A program made the position numbers and the translations under genes. The notes below the pieces were generated by a model. That model searched no databases and was not told the DNA's origin. It was given only the letters and a program-made list of their open reading frames with translations. A stretch of DNA of 47,525 nt, the filler included, from Catajapyx aquilonaris (taxonomy: Eukaryota): the NCBI GenBank assembly GCA_000934665.2. It is 2 parts of 2 records of this genome, joined end to end, with 100 filler letters (N's around TTAATTAATTAA, not from the genome) between each part and the next. Parts side by side here need not be neighbours in the genome. Positions count along the whole stretch, not along the records: positions 1 to 23,712 come from JYFJ02005638.1; positions 23,813 to 47,525 come from JYFJ02005639.1. One strand, 5' to 3'. Positions 1 through 33,111 of this stretch are shown here, in pieces (the stretch's first letter is position 1; each line of letters opens with the position of its first letter).

Positions 1-640
1 CGTAGAAACCTCGTGACAGCCTCGAATCTCACTGATACCGACATGGAAAGGAGTAATTGCGGGTCAAAATAAAAAACTGTATCTGGCCGCGGCGGCCTCA
101 AATATCGCCCCAGGAGAAAAATAAGCGCACCATCTCAAAGTGAAACCCTTCGCGTCCAGATACTCCAGTTTCATGCCGATACCTCCATATTTGCGGCCGT
201 GACAGCGAGAGGAAGAAGTGTCAAACTCACGGGCCGGCCCGCGACGGGCTCCCCGCAACAATGAATAGCGTAGCCTAGAGCGCGCTCTTAATGGTTAAGG
301 CTCCAGGTGAAGAGTCATCTGGTTCCGAGGTTTTTCCCCCTTCTTTTGGCAAGAACTGTTTTAACAGACTTCGGATGGTTCCAATGAGACCAACAATACG
401 GTACGGGATTTATCGACAGACCCCGCCACAAGGCACCACGAAAGACAAAAAATAGCATTATTTTATGGTTGTGCGTTTGGACTCAAAAGGGTTGAAGTGT
501 TGTGCTTATATGTTCAGATTGTGTTGTTATCGTCATATTTTTCAATTTAAAAATTTATAACGTCATTTTCAAATCCAGCGTTAATGTTGAAAGGAGTAAA
601 ATGGAGCGGTGTAAAACGGGTACAGTACCTACTGTATTTG

Positions 641-1295
641 ATAATTGGACGGTGTTATGCAATAATGCATCAACCCACATGAGAACAGTTTTGAGAAAAG
701 GGGCTTTGAAGGTCATGCCTGTGAAATTAATTACGTGTTCTATTCGGTCATTTGTGGCAGAAGTATTCAGATTTCACCAGCGTTATTTTAACTGAATTAA
801 GTCAGATCCTTTGGGTCAGCGGTTCTTAGCTCTTAGCCTGGGGTGCCCGCACCTCCAGGGGGTGCGAGGTGGCTTCCCTGGTGGGTGTGCGAGCAAGGTG
901 CACCTCCGGACTTCATCTAACCAAGAGCTAATAACTGGTCTAACTATGAACTTAATCAATCACCCCTGGTATAGGGGGTGCGACAAGGACCAATATATTG
1001 TCTGCAAAGCGGTGCGGAGATCCGAAAAGGTTAAGAACCTCTGCTTTAAGTATATGATCCTGGGCTTGGCTCAATTTTGACTTGTGGGTTGACAAATTAT
1101 TGCATAACACTGTCAATGCACACGATTCATAAGTTACCTTTTCGGTCATTTGTGGCAGAAGTATGGAGATTTGGCCACTTTGATTTTAACTGAATGAAGT
1201 ACCGGTACTATCCTGTGGGTGTATGTTCCTGGGCATAACTCAATTTTGACATTTTTGTGGGTTGACCCATTATTGCATAACTCTCTCCAATAATC
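641..1295. mobile_element. Old TIR element with an internal duplication
   Basis: GTGTTATGCAATAAT..TCAACCCACA near 652 is inverted at ~1083-1110 and ~1256-1283; direct repeat TTCGGTCATTTGTGGCAGAAGTAT at 743 and 1141. Confidence 0.55.
817..1043. mobile_element. hAT-type MITE
   Basis: Termini CAGCGGTTCTTA / TAAGAACCTCTG; 8-bp flanks ctttgggt / ctttaagt (6/8, decayed TSD). Confidence 0.7.
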
Positions 1296-1415
1296 CCTCC
1301 TCTTTCAATCACTTCTGTGTACGTTGACTGACACCAAGTTCAACATATGTACCAGACACTACACACGGGTTTGCTGCTATAAATAAATAAATAAATAAAT
1401 AACATGTTTTGATAA

Positions 1416-1526
1416 TCTACGTATGTAAGGCAAAGTTTCTTTGTTTTTTTGTTTGCCCATAGCAACAGCATTTTGTTGGCGATTATCATGGAAACAGGCC
1501 GTGCGAAGAACGGGCTCCTCTGCTAG
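1416..1526 (+). mobile_element. Miniature non-autonomous Helitron (111 bp)
   Basis: 5' TC after A; 3' hairpin CCGT-gcgaaga-ACGG then CTAG followed by T; no TSD; GTTT-rich 5' region. Confidence 0.65.
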
Positions 1527-1615
1527 TAATTAAATATTTACAAGCTAAGTATTGTACAATGCATTAATATAGAAATCAACCTTGCACTATATGTACCATT
1601 ACGAAGGAGGCTCAC

Positions 1616-23344
<21,729 letters not shown>

Positions 23345-23712
23345 CTGGAAAAATATAATTTAACAGTGTAAGATTTATGCTATCAGTATACATATTATTA
23401 TCGTACATACTGTTATTAACCCTAATGAGACTGGTGGTTTTTCGCGATATGGCAAGTATCTGCAAAAAATTCACTTTCGTTGGGACTTGGGGGACAAGAT
23501 TTGAAACTCTAAGGATGTTTACATTCGTGAGGGGTTGCGTGTTTATCATTGCTGCACGCCTAGCAGGCCTGTGACGTAATTCATGCTATGTGCTTATGTA
23601 CTGCTTTGTTCAGCGGTGCCAAGGCTACATACCGAAATACTTTTTGTCAAGCAGGCAGAGTGACAAAAAATGGGAATAGACACGAAACATACCCCCTGAG
23701 CCACCTTGTTGT

Positions 23713-23812
23713 NNNNNNNNNNNNNNNNNNNNNNNNNNNNNNNNNNNNNNNNNNNNTTAATTAATTAANNNNNNNNNNNNNNNNNNNNNNNNNNNNNNNN
23801 NNNNNNNNNNNN
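23713..23812. other. Assembly gap / artificial contig spacer
   Basis: 44 N + TTAATTAATTAA (stops in all six frames) + 44 N = exactly 100 nt. Confidence 0.92.
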
Positions 23813-24212
23813 CCCCCTCCCCAATCAGTCTGCCCCGACCCCAGGACATATATTCCAGCCAGAAGACGCACACTAAATCTCTGTGAATGGGGCAGATCTT
23901 GTAGGGGCATAAAATGAACTTGGCACAGACTTCAGACTTACATTTTATTTCAATCAAAAGACCAATGGAGGTAATCCGACTCCATAAGATGCACCTGACA
24001 TTTCTTGTTTGCTTGTTGATGGGAGCAGGGGCAAGATGATTACAAAATTCGAACCAGCTTAATTTCAAGTATACCTTTTTGGTACCATAAGTAACAAATC
24101 CTCACTGCAGTTCCTTCATGTTTACACAAGAAATAAAATAAATGCAGCAATTGCCTAAGATGACAACTTCGGGAACATCTGCCTCTTACAATCCAAAATC
24201 ATACGATTTCAC

Positions 24213-24511
24213 GAATGGGTTGTATGAGGTCCCGGCTGGTTCGCTAGCGACGGTACTCTCTTCCACGAGCGGTCCTCGGACCTGACTCGCATTTCTTGGT
24301 CGGACGGGGTGCTTGGGAGAATATCCCACCCCCGTCCCTGGGTTGGACCCGGCATTGCAGTACAGCCGGGGCCAACCCTCCTCTCCCCCACCCTTCTCAC
24401 CCACCCCTACCTTGCAATCCCACACCTTCCTTTCCTACCCCCGGCTGCCAAGGCTCGCTCAGACAGAGCCATACAAGCTGGGTAACCCTTCCTACCAACC
24501 AACCAACCAAC
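24213..24511 (+). mobile_element. Short retroposon (SINE or 5'-truncated LINE end) with (CCAA)n tail
   Basis: Perfect 13-bp TSD CATACGATTTCAC (24200-24212, 24512-24524); GC-rich body; (CCAA)4 3' tail. Confidence 0.8.
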
Positions 24512-24859
24512 CATACGATTTCACAAATACAAGAACATCAACAGAAGTAAAACAAAAATTGATTATTTCCTTGTGCTGCTGGAAGATGTCCCCAAGCAAC
24601 TTTACAGGTCAACGTTAATTAATAAAGGCATAATCGTAACTGACATTAATTTCAATCAATGTGATCAAATTTGATCTCGTAATGAAAGCTTGAGAAAACT
24701 TATTGGCTAATATTCATATTAAAATCCACAATTTGAAAACCATGGGGGAAATCCTTTAAAAATGGCAACTACTTCACATCTGATCTTAACTGTTCAAACA
24801 TAGAAAAAAAATGCCAGAAGAAATACAACACTGAAGAAACTGTAATGAGTAACATGCTC

Positions 24860-26247
24860 TTATATTTGGTCTAGGGCATTCTGGGCGTCTTTTTCCTGAG
24901 CCAAATCCCTTGGCACTTGTCCCTGATTGTCTGGTATATCCTGCCTGACTTTTTTCTGGACCAACAAGGAGACAATCTCATTGTGGCCACAAGACACAGC
25001 GTAATGTAGTGGGGTCTGCCCCTCCTGGTCCTGGCAGTTCAGATCAGCACCACGTTCAATGGGGAAGTAGCCTTGGTCTGGGATTTGGGATTTTTGTTCA
25101 TAACTAGCTAGCCCATGCCTGTAACCATACATTCCATCGCTCTGTTGCATCAAAATGACATTACTGGATAAATTATGGCACATTTAAAAGTGCCTTCAAA
25201 ATTGGCGGGAAAAACGGGGCAGCCGGGTGGTGCCAATCGAAAGGGTACACTGAAATGCCTGGTTGACTGCGAGATATGAGGAATTTGACTTTGACACGAC
25301 GGAAAGCATTCGCAAGGCAGCTGTAGGCCATCGGGGTGGAGAAAGGGGGCCTTCATGTGCCGAATTCGGGTGACAGATAATTCCTACCAGTTGGCACCAC
25401 TGTCAGCCCAGAAGCCATTTGAGCGGCCTGGAATAAATACGCGCCCCGGCTTCTATCTTGCTCACGGAATGGGACGGTTGCTAACAACAGCGAAGCATTT
25501 TACAACAATGACGGGGCGCGTTCTATAACACCATTTTTGCGTTCATTTCACTTCGCGTGACGTCAACATTTTTCTAGGCAAACAGTGACGTCACCATTTG
25601 CCTACGAAAAAACGCCAATATCTCCGGAACTGAAACTGATATCTTAAAACAGAATATGCCAAAAAAATCCAAAAAATATGGGTGAATTTATTATGTAGTT
25701 TCCAAAATGAAGGCTACTTCCCCATTAGCAAAATTACAACATCGTCATAACCACGGTCAGCAGCCCAGTGCAATAGATTCATACCGGTGGCATCTGGAGT
25801 GTTTACATTCTTTGCAGTCAAATTACGACTCAGCTTATTCAAGTTTCTCTCCTTCACCCAATCAAAGAGGGTCTTGTCTCTGTCATTCAGGGGTTCTTCC
25901 ACAGAGGCCATGCAACTTACAGCAACACCAAGACCGGCACTCCCACAAAACTTCGCGCCCACTGTATCATTCCATTTTGGGTCTACTTCAGCAACAATCT
26001 GGATATAATGTGTCATGGCATCATCACGCGACATATTTCCTAGTCTGATCCAAGCATCAAATTTTTTCTTGCTTCTAAAGTCAAATCGATTAGTGGGCCT
26101 CTCACTACAAGGCCCATTAGTTACTTGCTTGAAGTAGGAGTACAATTCCAGAAGTTTCTCAGCATTAAACTTGTGTGTGTTTAGCTGAACATAGCGTGCT
26201 GCCCTCTCAAAGAGTACATTCACATCCTCTAACTGAAATGAAGCCAT
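24860..26247 (-). CDS. ACBD6: Acyl-CoA-binding domain + ankyrin repeat protein (ACBD6-like), 240 aa intronless CDS interrupted by a MITE at 25061-25723
   Basis: ACBP motifs LLELYSYFKQVTNGPC, KFDAW, MSRDDAMTHYI; linker GLGVAVS; ankyrins GMNLLHWAADRG and GQTPLHYAVSCGH. Removing the insert and one AT copy gives 723 nt in frame (VILL-IERGADLN). Confidence 0.9.
25061..25723 (-). mobile_element. Non-autonomous DNA transposon (MITE), ISL2EU/PHIS-like, inserted in the ACBD6 CDS
   Basis: 14-bp TIR GGGGAAGTAGCCTT/AAGGCTACTTCCCC, flanked by AT on both sides; colinear reverse-complement homologue of 6586-7249. Confidence 0.9.
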
Positions 26248-26286
26248 GACTCCTTACCAAATTCAGTGATCTAGGTCACTACTTGC

Positions 26287-27760
26287 CAGAGTTGGGTAGT
26301 AACTGAGTAGAAATAACGCGTTACTAGTAACTAGTTACATTTTGAGTACTTTTCCCGTTAACTTCGTTACTTTTGTGCACAAGTAACTAGTACTTGTAAC
26401 TAGTTACCTTTAAACAGTAACTTTGTAACGAAAGTTACCAAGTTACTTTTCCGTACAGGGTTTGAAAAGCACCTATTTTAAAGGGACACTCCACTCAAAA
26501 AAAAAGCAAGTTTGGCTCTAAAAATCGGGCAAAAAAATCCTGAATCTGAAGGTGCAATCTGTTTTTCGCTACGCGGAACGGTAATCCCAGGGCCAGGGGT
26601 CAAAGTGGGGGAATTCAAATAGTGCGCTAGAAGCTGGCCGTCCGCCAGCGACGCCCTCGGGACCTTGGGAACTGGAGGGCTGCTCCCGCCTTCCCCCGCG
26701 CTTAGGCCAATCCCAGAGCGGTGCAGCCCTCCAGTTCCCCTGTTCCTCGCGTGGCGGCACCGATCATTAGCAGACAACACACTTTGACATCTCGCCCTGG
26801 GATTACCGTTCCGCGTAGCGAAAAACGAATTGCACCGTCGGATTCTGGATTTTTTGCCTGATTTTTAGAGCCAAACTTGTTTTTTGAGTGGAGTGTCCCT
26901 TTAACATGCAGATGATTCATTTATTTGGCGACAGTGGGACGGTTCCCTCCGCGCCGATGGCTACTCCGGATTATGTCTGACTCAAGTCCGGTGATTTAAG
27001 ACGGGGATGTAGAAAATCCGGACTTCTTCGAGTTCCAACTCTGGCCGAAAGAGGAGACACTCGATCCCACCCTCCCCACACAAAAGAAGGGTCGCGTTTG
27101 CGGTTGACCATTCCCTCTAGGCACAATAAAAACCGTGAAAAATAGGGTTCCGCCAACTTCTAATAGATGTCAAATCAGTCAAATTTTGACAAAATTATTA
27201 TTTGCCGAAAGGTTATAGCTAAATATAAAAATCGGCTTCACTGGTCCAGAGCACCTCATTTTTCCGCATTTTTGGGTGCTTGTTACGACATGACGTAAAG
27301 TTTTACGACGGGGTAAATTACTCCTGAATGCAAATGACACATGTGTAAGAGAGAGGTCAGTTACACTTACACAAAAAAATTTGGTTCTGCAGTTGTTAGT
27401 TAGCGAGAACTTTACTCCCAAATTATCTTTACCCCCCCCCCCCTTAAAAATGTTCATCCAATACAACACTGCACTGGCCTCCATTGCCTCAGTGGCGAGA
27501 CTTTTCAGTGGGTGGGGGGGGGGGGGTTACACCGAGAAGGGGAAAGCCTACAGATGCAAACTTTGANGAATCCCCCATCCATCTACAGCAGCGGTGACAG
27601 ACCACGGAAAAGTAACTTCACGAGTAACTGTAACTGTACCTGTAACTGTAACTAGTTACTTTTTGGTCAAAGGAACTTGTAACTGTAACTAGTTACTTTT
27701 TTGGACTGAATAACTGTAACTGTAACCAGTTACATTTCAAAAGTAACTTACCCAACTCTG
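26287..27760. mobile_element. hAT-like non-autonomous element 40 bp upstream of the ACBD6 ATG
   Basis: TIR CAGAGTTGGGTA / TACCCAACTCTG; dense GTAAC/GTTAC subterminal repeats at both ends; no TSD visible. Confidence 0.75.
26482..26900. mobile_element. Kolobok-like MITE nested in the hAT element
   Basis: TTAA TSD (26478-26481, 26901-26904), AGGGACAC termini, ~110-bp TIRs. Confidence 0.85.
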
Positions 27761-28972
27761 AACATAATTATATGATTTGCGTACATACCAGGAAGGAGAA
27801 CCTGATCACACATGATCTAAGTAGTCATACAAACTCACTCTGCTTTGCCACTTCCTGTGTTCGACGGAGAAGAATGAAATCTGAGAGTGTCTCAATGCCG
27901 TGTGATAATTATCAAGTCAGGCTGATCGAATCGACCATCCAAAGCAAATAAAAACCAATCTGCAATGATTTAGCAGTTTCTGTTATTAATTAGCGATTAA
28001 AGTAGCCCTTGCTTTTCTGGTCATTAGTACAGTAAATTACAGATGAATTCAAGCAAAGTAATAATGTTTAAATTCTTGAAAGTTGTCGAGGGAAATATTG
28101 CTATTTTCAAATGTCAGAGTAACTTATATTATCGATTTAACAATGAACAACACCAACAATAATGTTGAATATATGGATGATGACGACGCCTATGTTACAC
28201 AATCATCCTTTCTGTTTCTCAACAATGTTTTGCCCAATATTTACCCAATAATTTGATATTCATATTAATAATCGATGAGCAGGACATTGTCGTATTATTC
28301 TCTTGAGAATAAACTACTGAACTTGATGGATAACTCGTGGCTCAATCAAAAGAGTGACCAAAAAATGTATTTGGCGAGGTAACTTCAATTCTCCAGGAAT
28401 CCTAGCCAGGAATATCATCAGTTCATCACTCTTTCAAATGCGGTATAATATTTTTCACCCTGCTGTAAGAGAGAGGATGGTCGGAGTTCATGCTAAACAC
28501 TCTTGGTAGTGGCAAGTTCTATGGGAACACTAAGTCTTCTGAACCCGAGTGGGTGATAGCTAGCGTACTTTGAATTTTGCCTGTAACATTCACCTTAGGT
28601 GTCCCCTAAATGCTTCCTTCACGTATACGTGTTGCATTGACAAATTAATGTAGAGTAATGGCAGCTGGCGACAAAGCAGACGGGCTGTTAATAATACAGT
28701 GCCTTCTTCGGACGACCGTGCTCTAAGCATGTCAAGGGAAAAGAAACTTATGATATTAATTTCTATTTCCACTCACTTATGTAAGGGCAGGAGGAGGGAT
28801 CTCATGGTCTGTTTGCGTAAACCTGTGGCGAACGGTGGGCATAGAATCTCAGTTCTGTGGTTGTCCTCTCCCATTATTTCGATTAAATGATTGTCTTCCT
28901 GTATCCTTCTTTAGCAGCCTTAGGGCTCGGTCACTCAAACCGGAAATGTCTTTTTGGAGACACAGACACGGG

Positions 28973-28975
<3 letters not shown>

Positions 28976-29035
<60 letters not shown>
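28976..29035. repeat. (CT)n microsatellite
   Basis: ~30 perfect TC units. Confidence 0.98.
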
Positions 29036-29037
<2 letters not shown>

Positions 29038-30406
29038 TTTTTTCTTATCTTCGTTTCTATCTCCATCTCTCCCATTTCTGTGATTTCTAATAGGCATGCA
29101 GAGAGAGCATTTGTACTGCATATTACTTTCATATCACTCAGCATTATCCTTGCTTTCACGTATTCTTGGGAGCTTGGAAGCTATACCCCGCCGATACGGC
29201 GGGAATACTGTATTTGTAATAACTAATGAGAATCATACATGAAATGTGGACTCTTGTTACATCACTTCTGCGTGTACTATAGTTTACATCTGCATAGCAC
29301 TGTAATATCAATATCCACACCACACCAACATGTGTAGCCATGCTAATCCATGATTATCCGGAATATTCTTTTGATGTAGAATTATTGCCATTATGTCGAT
29401 ATTCGTTCAGGCCTGCCTGAATCTGTAGGTTGTCTGGTCTGCCCTGGGCGTCCTCTCTTACACTGCCTCCTGGGTGTACAATAAATTTTCTGCCGTCTGA
29501 AATTGCGTTGGGCGCACGATTACTCTGGCTGCTCAATTTCTTATGTAGAAAATCGACAAGAAAAAAATGTTTCCTGGACTGAGGTGGTATAGAGCACTCC
29601 GACCATATCTTTCATACATTACTCCCTCCACTGCCAAAAGGCAGAGCTCTGAAACATTCAGTCATGGATTTCGCGAGAATTTGTCAGCAGCTAATCTTCA
29701 TGGCGCTCCTATCCAGACTCAGTCCTTCCACTGTATTTGCACAAAAATCTGAATCCGTCAGAGCAGAAAATGTCCCTTTTTTGCAACACGGAGTACAGTA
29801 CATCCTGTAAGAATAAGGTAGTATTTCCCTAAAATATTGACCAGGTGTCTCACGCAAGCCTTCCCAGATACTAAAAGGCTGTCTTCGGTAATTACCGCTG
29901 ATGAGAACGCTGGTTCATTGAAAATTTTGTGGCCACTTTTAATTGAAAAACCAAGCTGTTTAATGACATGTGTCGCAGTATATTGTGGTCTGGCGTTTTC
30001 GTGCTGTTTACAAGTCGACAAAAGTCTAGTGTGTCAGTCACTCCAGAAGTGTATTAATTAATATAAATTAATGAGGCATTCGGCGTCATACCAATAACAA
30101 TCGGGAAGTTCAGGCGGCACACCCTTCAAGTCCAATCCTATACATCGACTCCTGTTGGGAAGATGCAAAAAAAGGCAAGTACTTCAATATAATTATTATA
30201 ACATAATCCGCAGGCAACATCATCACAAGGGCACGGCAGGTTTTTTCTTAATCGTCACTGTGTATCGTCCTGGAGGGGTACCTGCTCTTAGAGACAGATC
30301 GGAAACCTTCTCTCTTTCAAGAAGGATATTAAGATCCAGTAGATGTCAAGTCCTCGGCGATCTCGGGCGAACCTTTGAGCTTCAACGCTGATTGAGTATG
30401 TATATA

Positions 30407-30830
30407 CAGGGTGTATCTGAACTCAGTGCCCCGACGTATATGACTGCCTTCCTAGCCACCAGAGGATCGATTTAAGTATAGGAGTCATATGTCTGGGCAG
30501 CCTCATTACTGAGATACACTCTTTAGCGATTTTTGCCTAATCGTTCCTTCTGACTTTTAAATCGAATTTTCTGGTGTAACTAGCCAAAGAGGCCTTACCA
30601 CCTGTGGGCAACAAACCAACAAAGTCCGGCCCCCAGACCTTCCAGAGCCTTCTGACTGGGAAAGGGTTCGATGGGTGGCCTAACCGACAGGATATTTTGT
30701 ACTACATGTTTGCAGCCAATTATCTCCGTAATGAGGCTGCCCAGACATATGACTCCTATACTTAAATCGACCCTCTGGTGGCTAGGAAGGCAGTCATATA
30801 CGTCGGGGCACTGAGTTCAGATACACCCTG
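30407..30830. mobile_element. Tc1/mariner-type MITE with ~110-bp near-perfect TIRs
   Basis: TA|CAGGGTGTATCTGAACTCAGTGCCCCGACG... mirrored at 30721-30830; TA TSD. Confidence 0.9.
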
Positions 30831-33043
30831 TATAGTGCAAGTCCAGATTCGGGCGTATGCTGCCAGGTATGTCCATGTAGCACTATGGAGGATCGGTGGT
30901 TATACTTCGGCTTACTTGTCCAGACTAACGCAGCCCCCCAAAAATAAATGGCAGGGTTACAGATGTCTTCTCCTGATATTATACTCCATTATAGGTTCAT
31001 GGCCAACTCTTCGCATGACAACTTCTCGGCTGACTTTGTCTTACTGAGCAAATACACCATAATATGTAGGTCCCTTTTATCTTAACTCAATGCTAGGCGA
31101 AATAGGAATAATAAATAATTATTGCCTTTTAGCGATACTGAATAACACAAGATATAAGCAAACCAAACACCAAGGTAATGTGGGCAATATGCTAACATTG
31201 CAAAGACAATAATTATTGTGTCGGCGGCCTTACTGAACGGAAACTGAATTGAATGATTATAATTCCCAGAGGGGATGTGGATGGCCCTCCACTTCATAAG
31301 GATTTCTAGTTTGTAGGCGTCTGCATAAGTGTAGTAATTAATCATCTTCCCAAAATGGGTACCATGCAAATGGCAATGTCTCAGCTAAGCAGACAGCACG
31401 GACGTGGTTTAGCAATCACATTACTGTGATGCGAAAGCTATAGGAAGGAATATGATGGTCCTTCCTATTGTTATAATAATTACTGTACAATACATAAACA
31501 CCCCCCTCCCAGTCGCACTGCTGATTATTTTTAGTGCTTGTGGTATAGTATTCTGGGATATGTGTCAAGCTCATTATTTTCGTCCTGACCTGAGTCCAAA
31601 GCGGAAATCGATCAGGCAAGGTCAAAGTTCAGAAAGGTCGTGAGCTCGCCCCAAAGCGTCCACATGATGATCGTAATAAATAATGACCGAGCTACATGTA
31701 TATCTCGATAATATTATAGTGAACTTACGATTTGTGATTATAGCAATGCAGCATTGCTTAAAATTAGCCCTCCCAATAGAATGATCTACTTCAGACACTG
31801 GTCTTAGTGTTAGTATTATAATCTGCTATTAGACTTATTATTATTAATACCGGTTCTGCATGATTCAATCGAGTCGTATTTGGGTTTTCCTCACTTGCTG
31901 CTATTCCTTTCTCTAAATCACGCATTAGAAAGAAGGTATCTTACCAATTCATAATTCTCTCGAATCACTGTCGTCAGGAAAAATAGATTATGTTGCAATA
32001 CGTCTGACAGACTTCCCGTACAATTTTTATCGTCAACATGGACAGAGTCCAACGATTTTCGTCCAAAGACACCATTGCTTTGTGTAGTACACTGTAGTAT
32101 TGCCAGAGAAAATGGCGCGCGCGCACACATAGACTATATGATCCTTTATGGACGGTGCACTCCCCGGTATCTGTGTGATTCAGCCATTGCTTCAGTCGCC
32201 TGCTGCCTATGAAAAAACCACTTCCGAATGTAGCTCCGGGTAACGTTTGCTTCCTGTACTTGATGTGAGACATATTCTGTACGTATATAGTCCCGCATGT
32301 TTGTAAAAAGCGATCTAGCCTGTGCTCGTGTCATCCTGTCCCTTTCGGGGCAACCGAATGTGTTGTGTTGCCCATCGCAAAGCCTATTCCCAAAGGGCCA
32401 CCATGGCTACACCCATGTGCACGATCATTGTCAGGGCGACATACGTTATGACGTCTTTTGCTGGATGTAGTGATTATATCATCAATCATTAGTCGGTGAC
32501 TGCGTATATTTTTGTCCTTTTTTTCAATAAGACCAATTTGTGGCCTCCAATCAATTCCAATAAGAATTTTTGAGGCGTGATATACGTATTTTAATGTTCA
32601 GTTCATATCTATTTCAGTATTAAATGAGAGGTCTATATTCAGTACGAACAATAGAATGACAAGGAAAGGCCGCTATTCGTGTGAGTTATATTACATTGAC
32701 GAAATGTGTGGGATCCATGCATGATCCATACATTAATGTTCTCATTACTACCTCCATTGCTGGCAGGAACACATTTGCGCCTTATAAGGTTCATCAAACA
32801 TAGTAATGTTATCAACGTGTTATCATGTTTGATGTAAAGCAGGTCATTTGTTTCACATGAGTTGAACAATGCGGCATGTATCCTAATAGTCTATCTGTAC
32901 TTCCCAAACTGTGACATGAAAATGTGGCAAGAAGCATCGGTATATATACATTGATACGTCCTTATATTTAATGAGTATAGTTTTTGCAGTACAACCACGC
33001 CACATTTTTGTCGTGACTACCTGAAACAATTCTTGGCCGAGGA

Positions 33044-33110
<67 letters not shown>
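33044..33110. repeat. (AAT)n microsatellite
   Basis: ~22 AAT units. Confidence 0.97.

Positions 33111-33111
<1 letters not shown>

Noticed and set aside
1..298. Possible piggyBac-like terminus (…CTCTTAATGGTTAA)
   Set aside because: The partner TIR would be outside the window, so it cannot be verified.
25061..25723. MITE acting as a precise introner
   Set aside because: The termini are GGGG/CCCC, not GT/AG. The TIR-proximal donor/acceptor pairs leave 19 or 25 extra nt, which is out of frame.
24860..26247. Functional link between ACBD6 (NMT partner) and the putatively myristoylated nested protein, or ACBD6 nested in a CAD 5' intron
   Set aside because: The two loci are separated by an artificial spacer, so physical linkage is not established.
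28835..29226. RE/LS-repeat ORFs; also poly-Y/L/N ORFs at 32883-33312 and 36837-37109
   Set aside because: These are translations of (CT)n and (AAT)n microsatellites.
31918..32334. Overlapping minus-strand ORFs; similar open stretches at 29354-30061, 34957-35551 and 38100-39508
   Set aside because: No recognisable motifs or consistent splice structure; probably decayed repeats.
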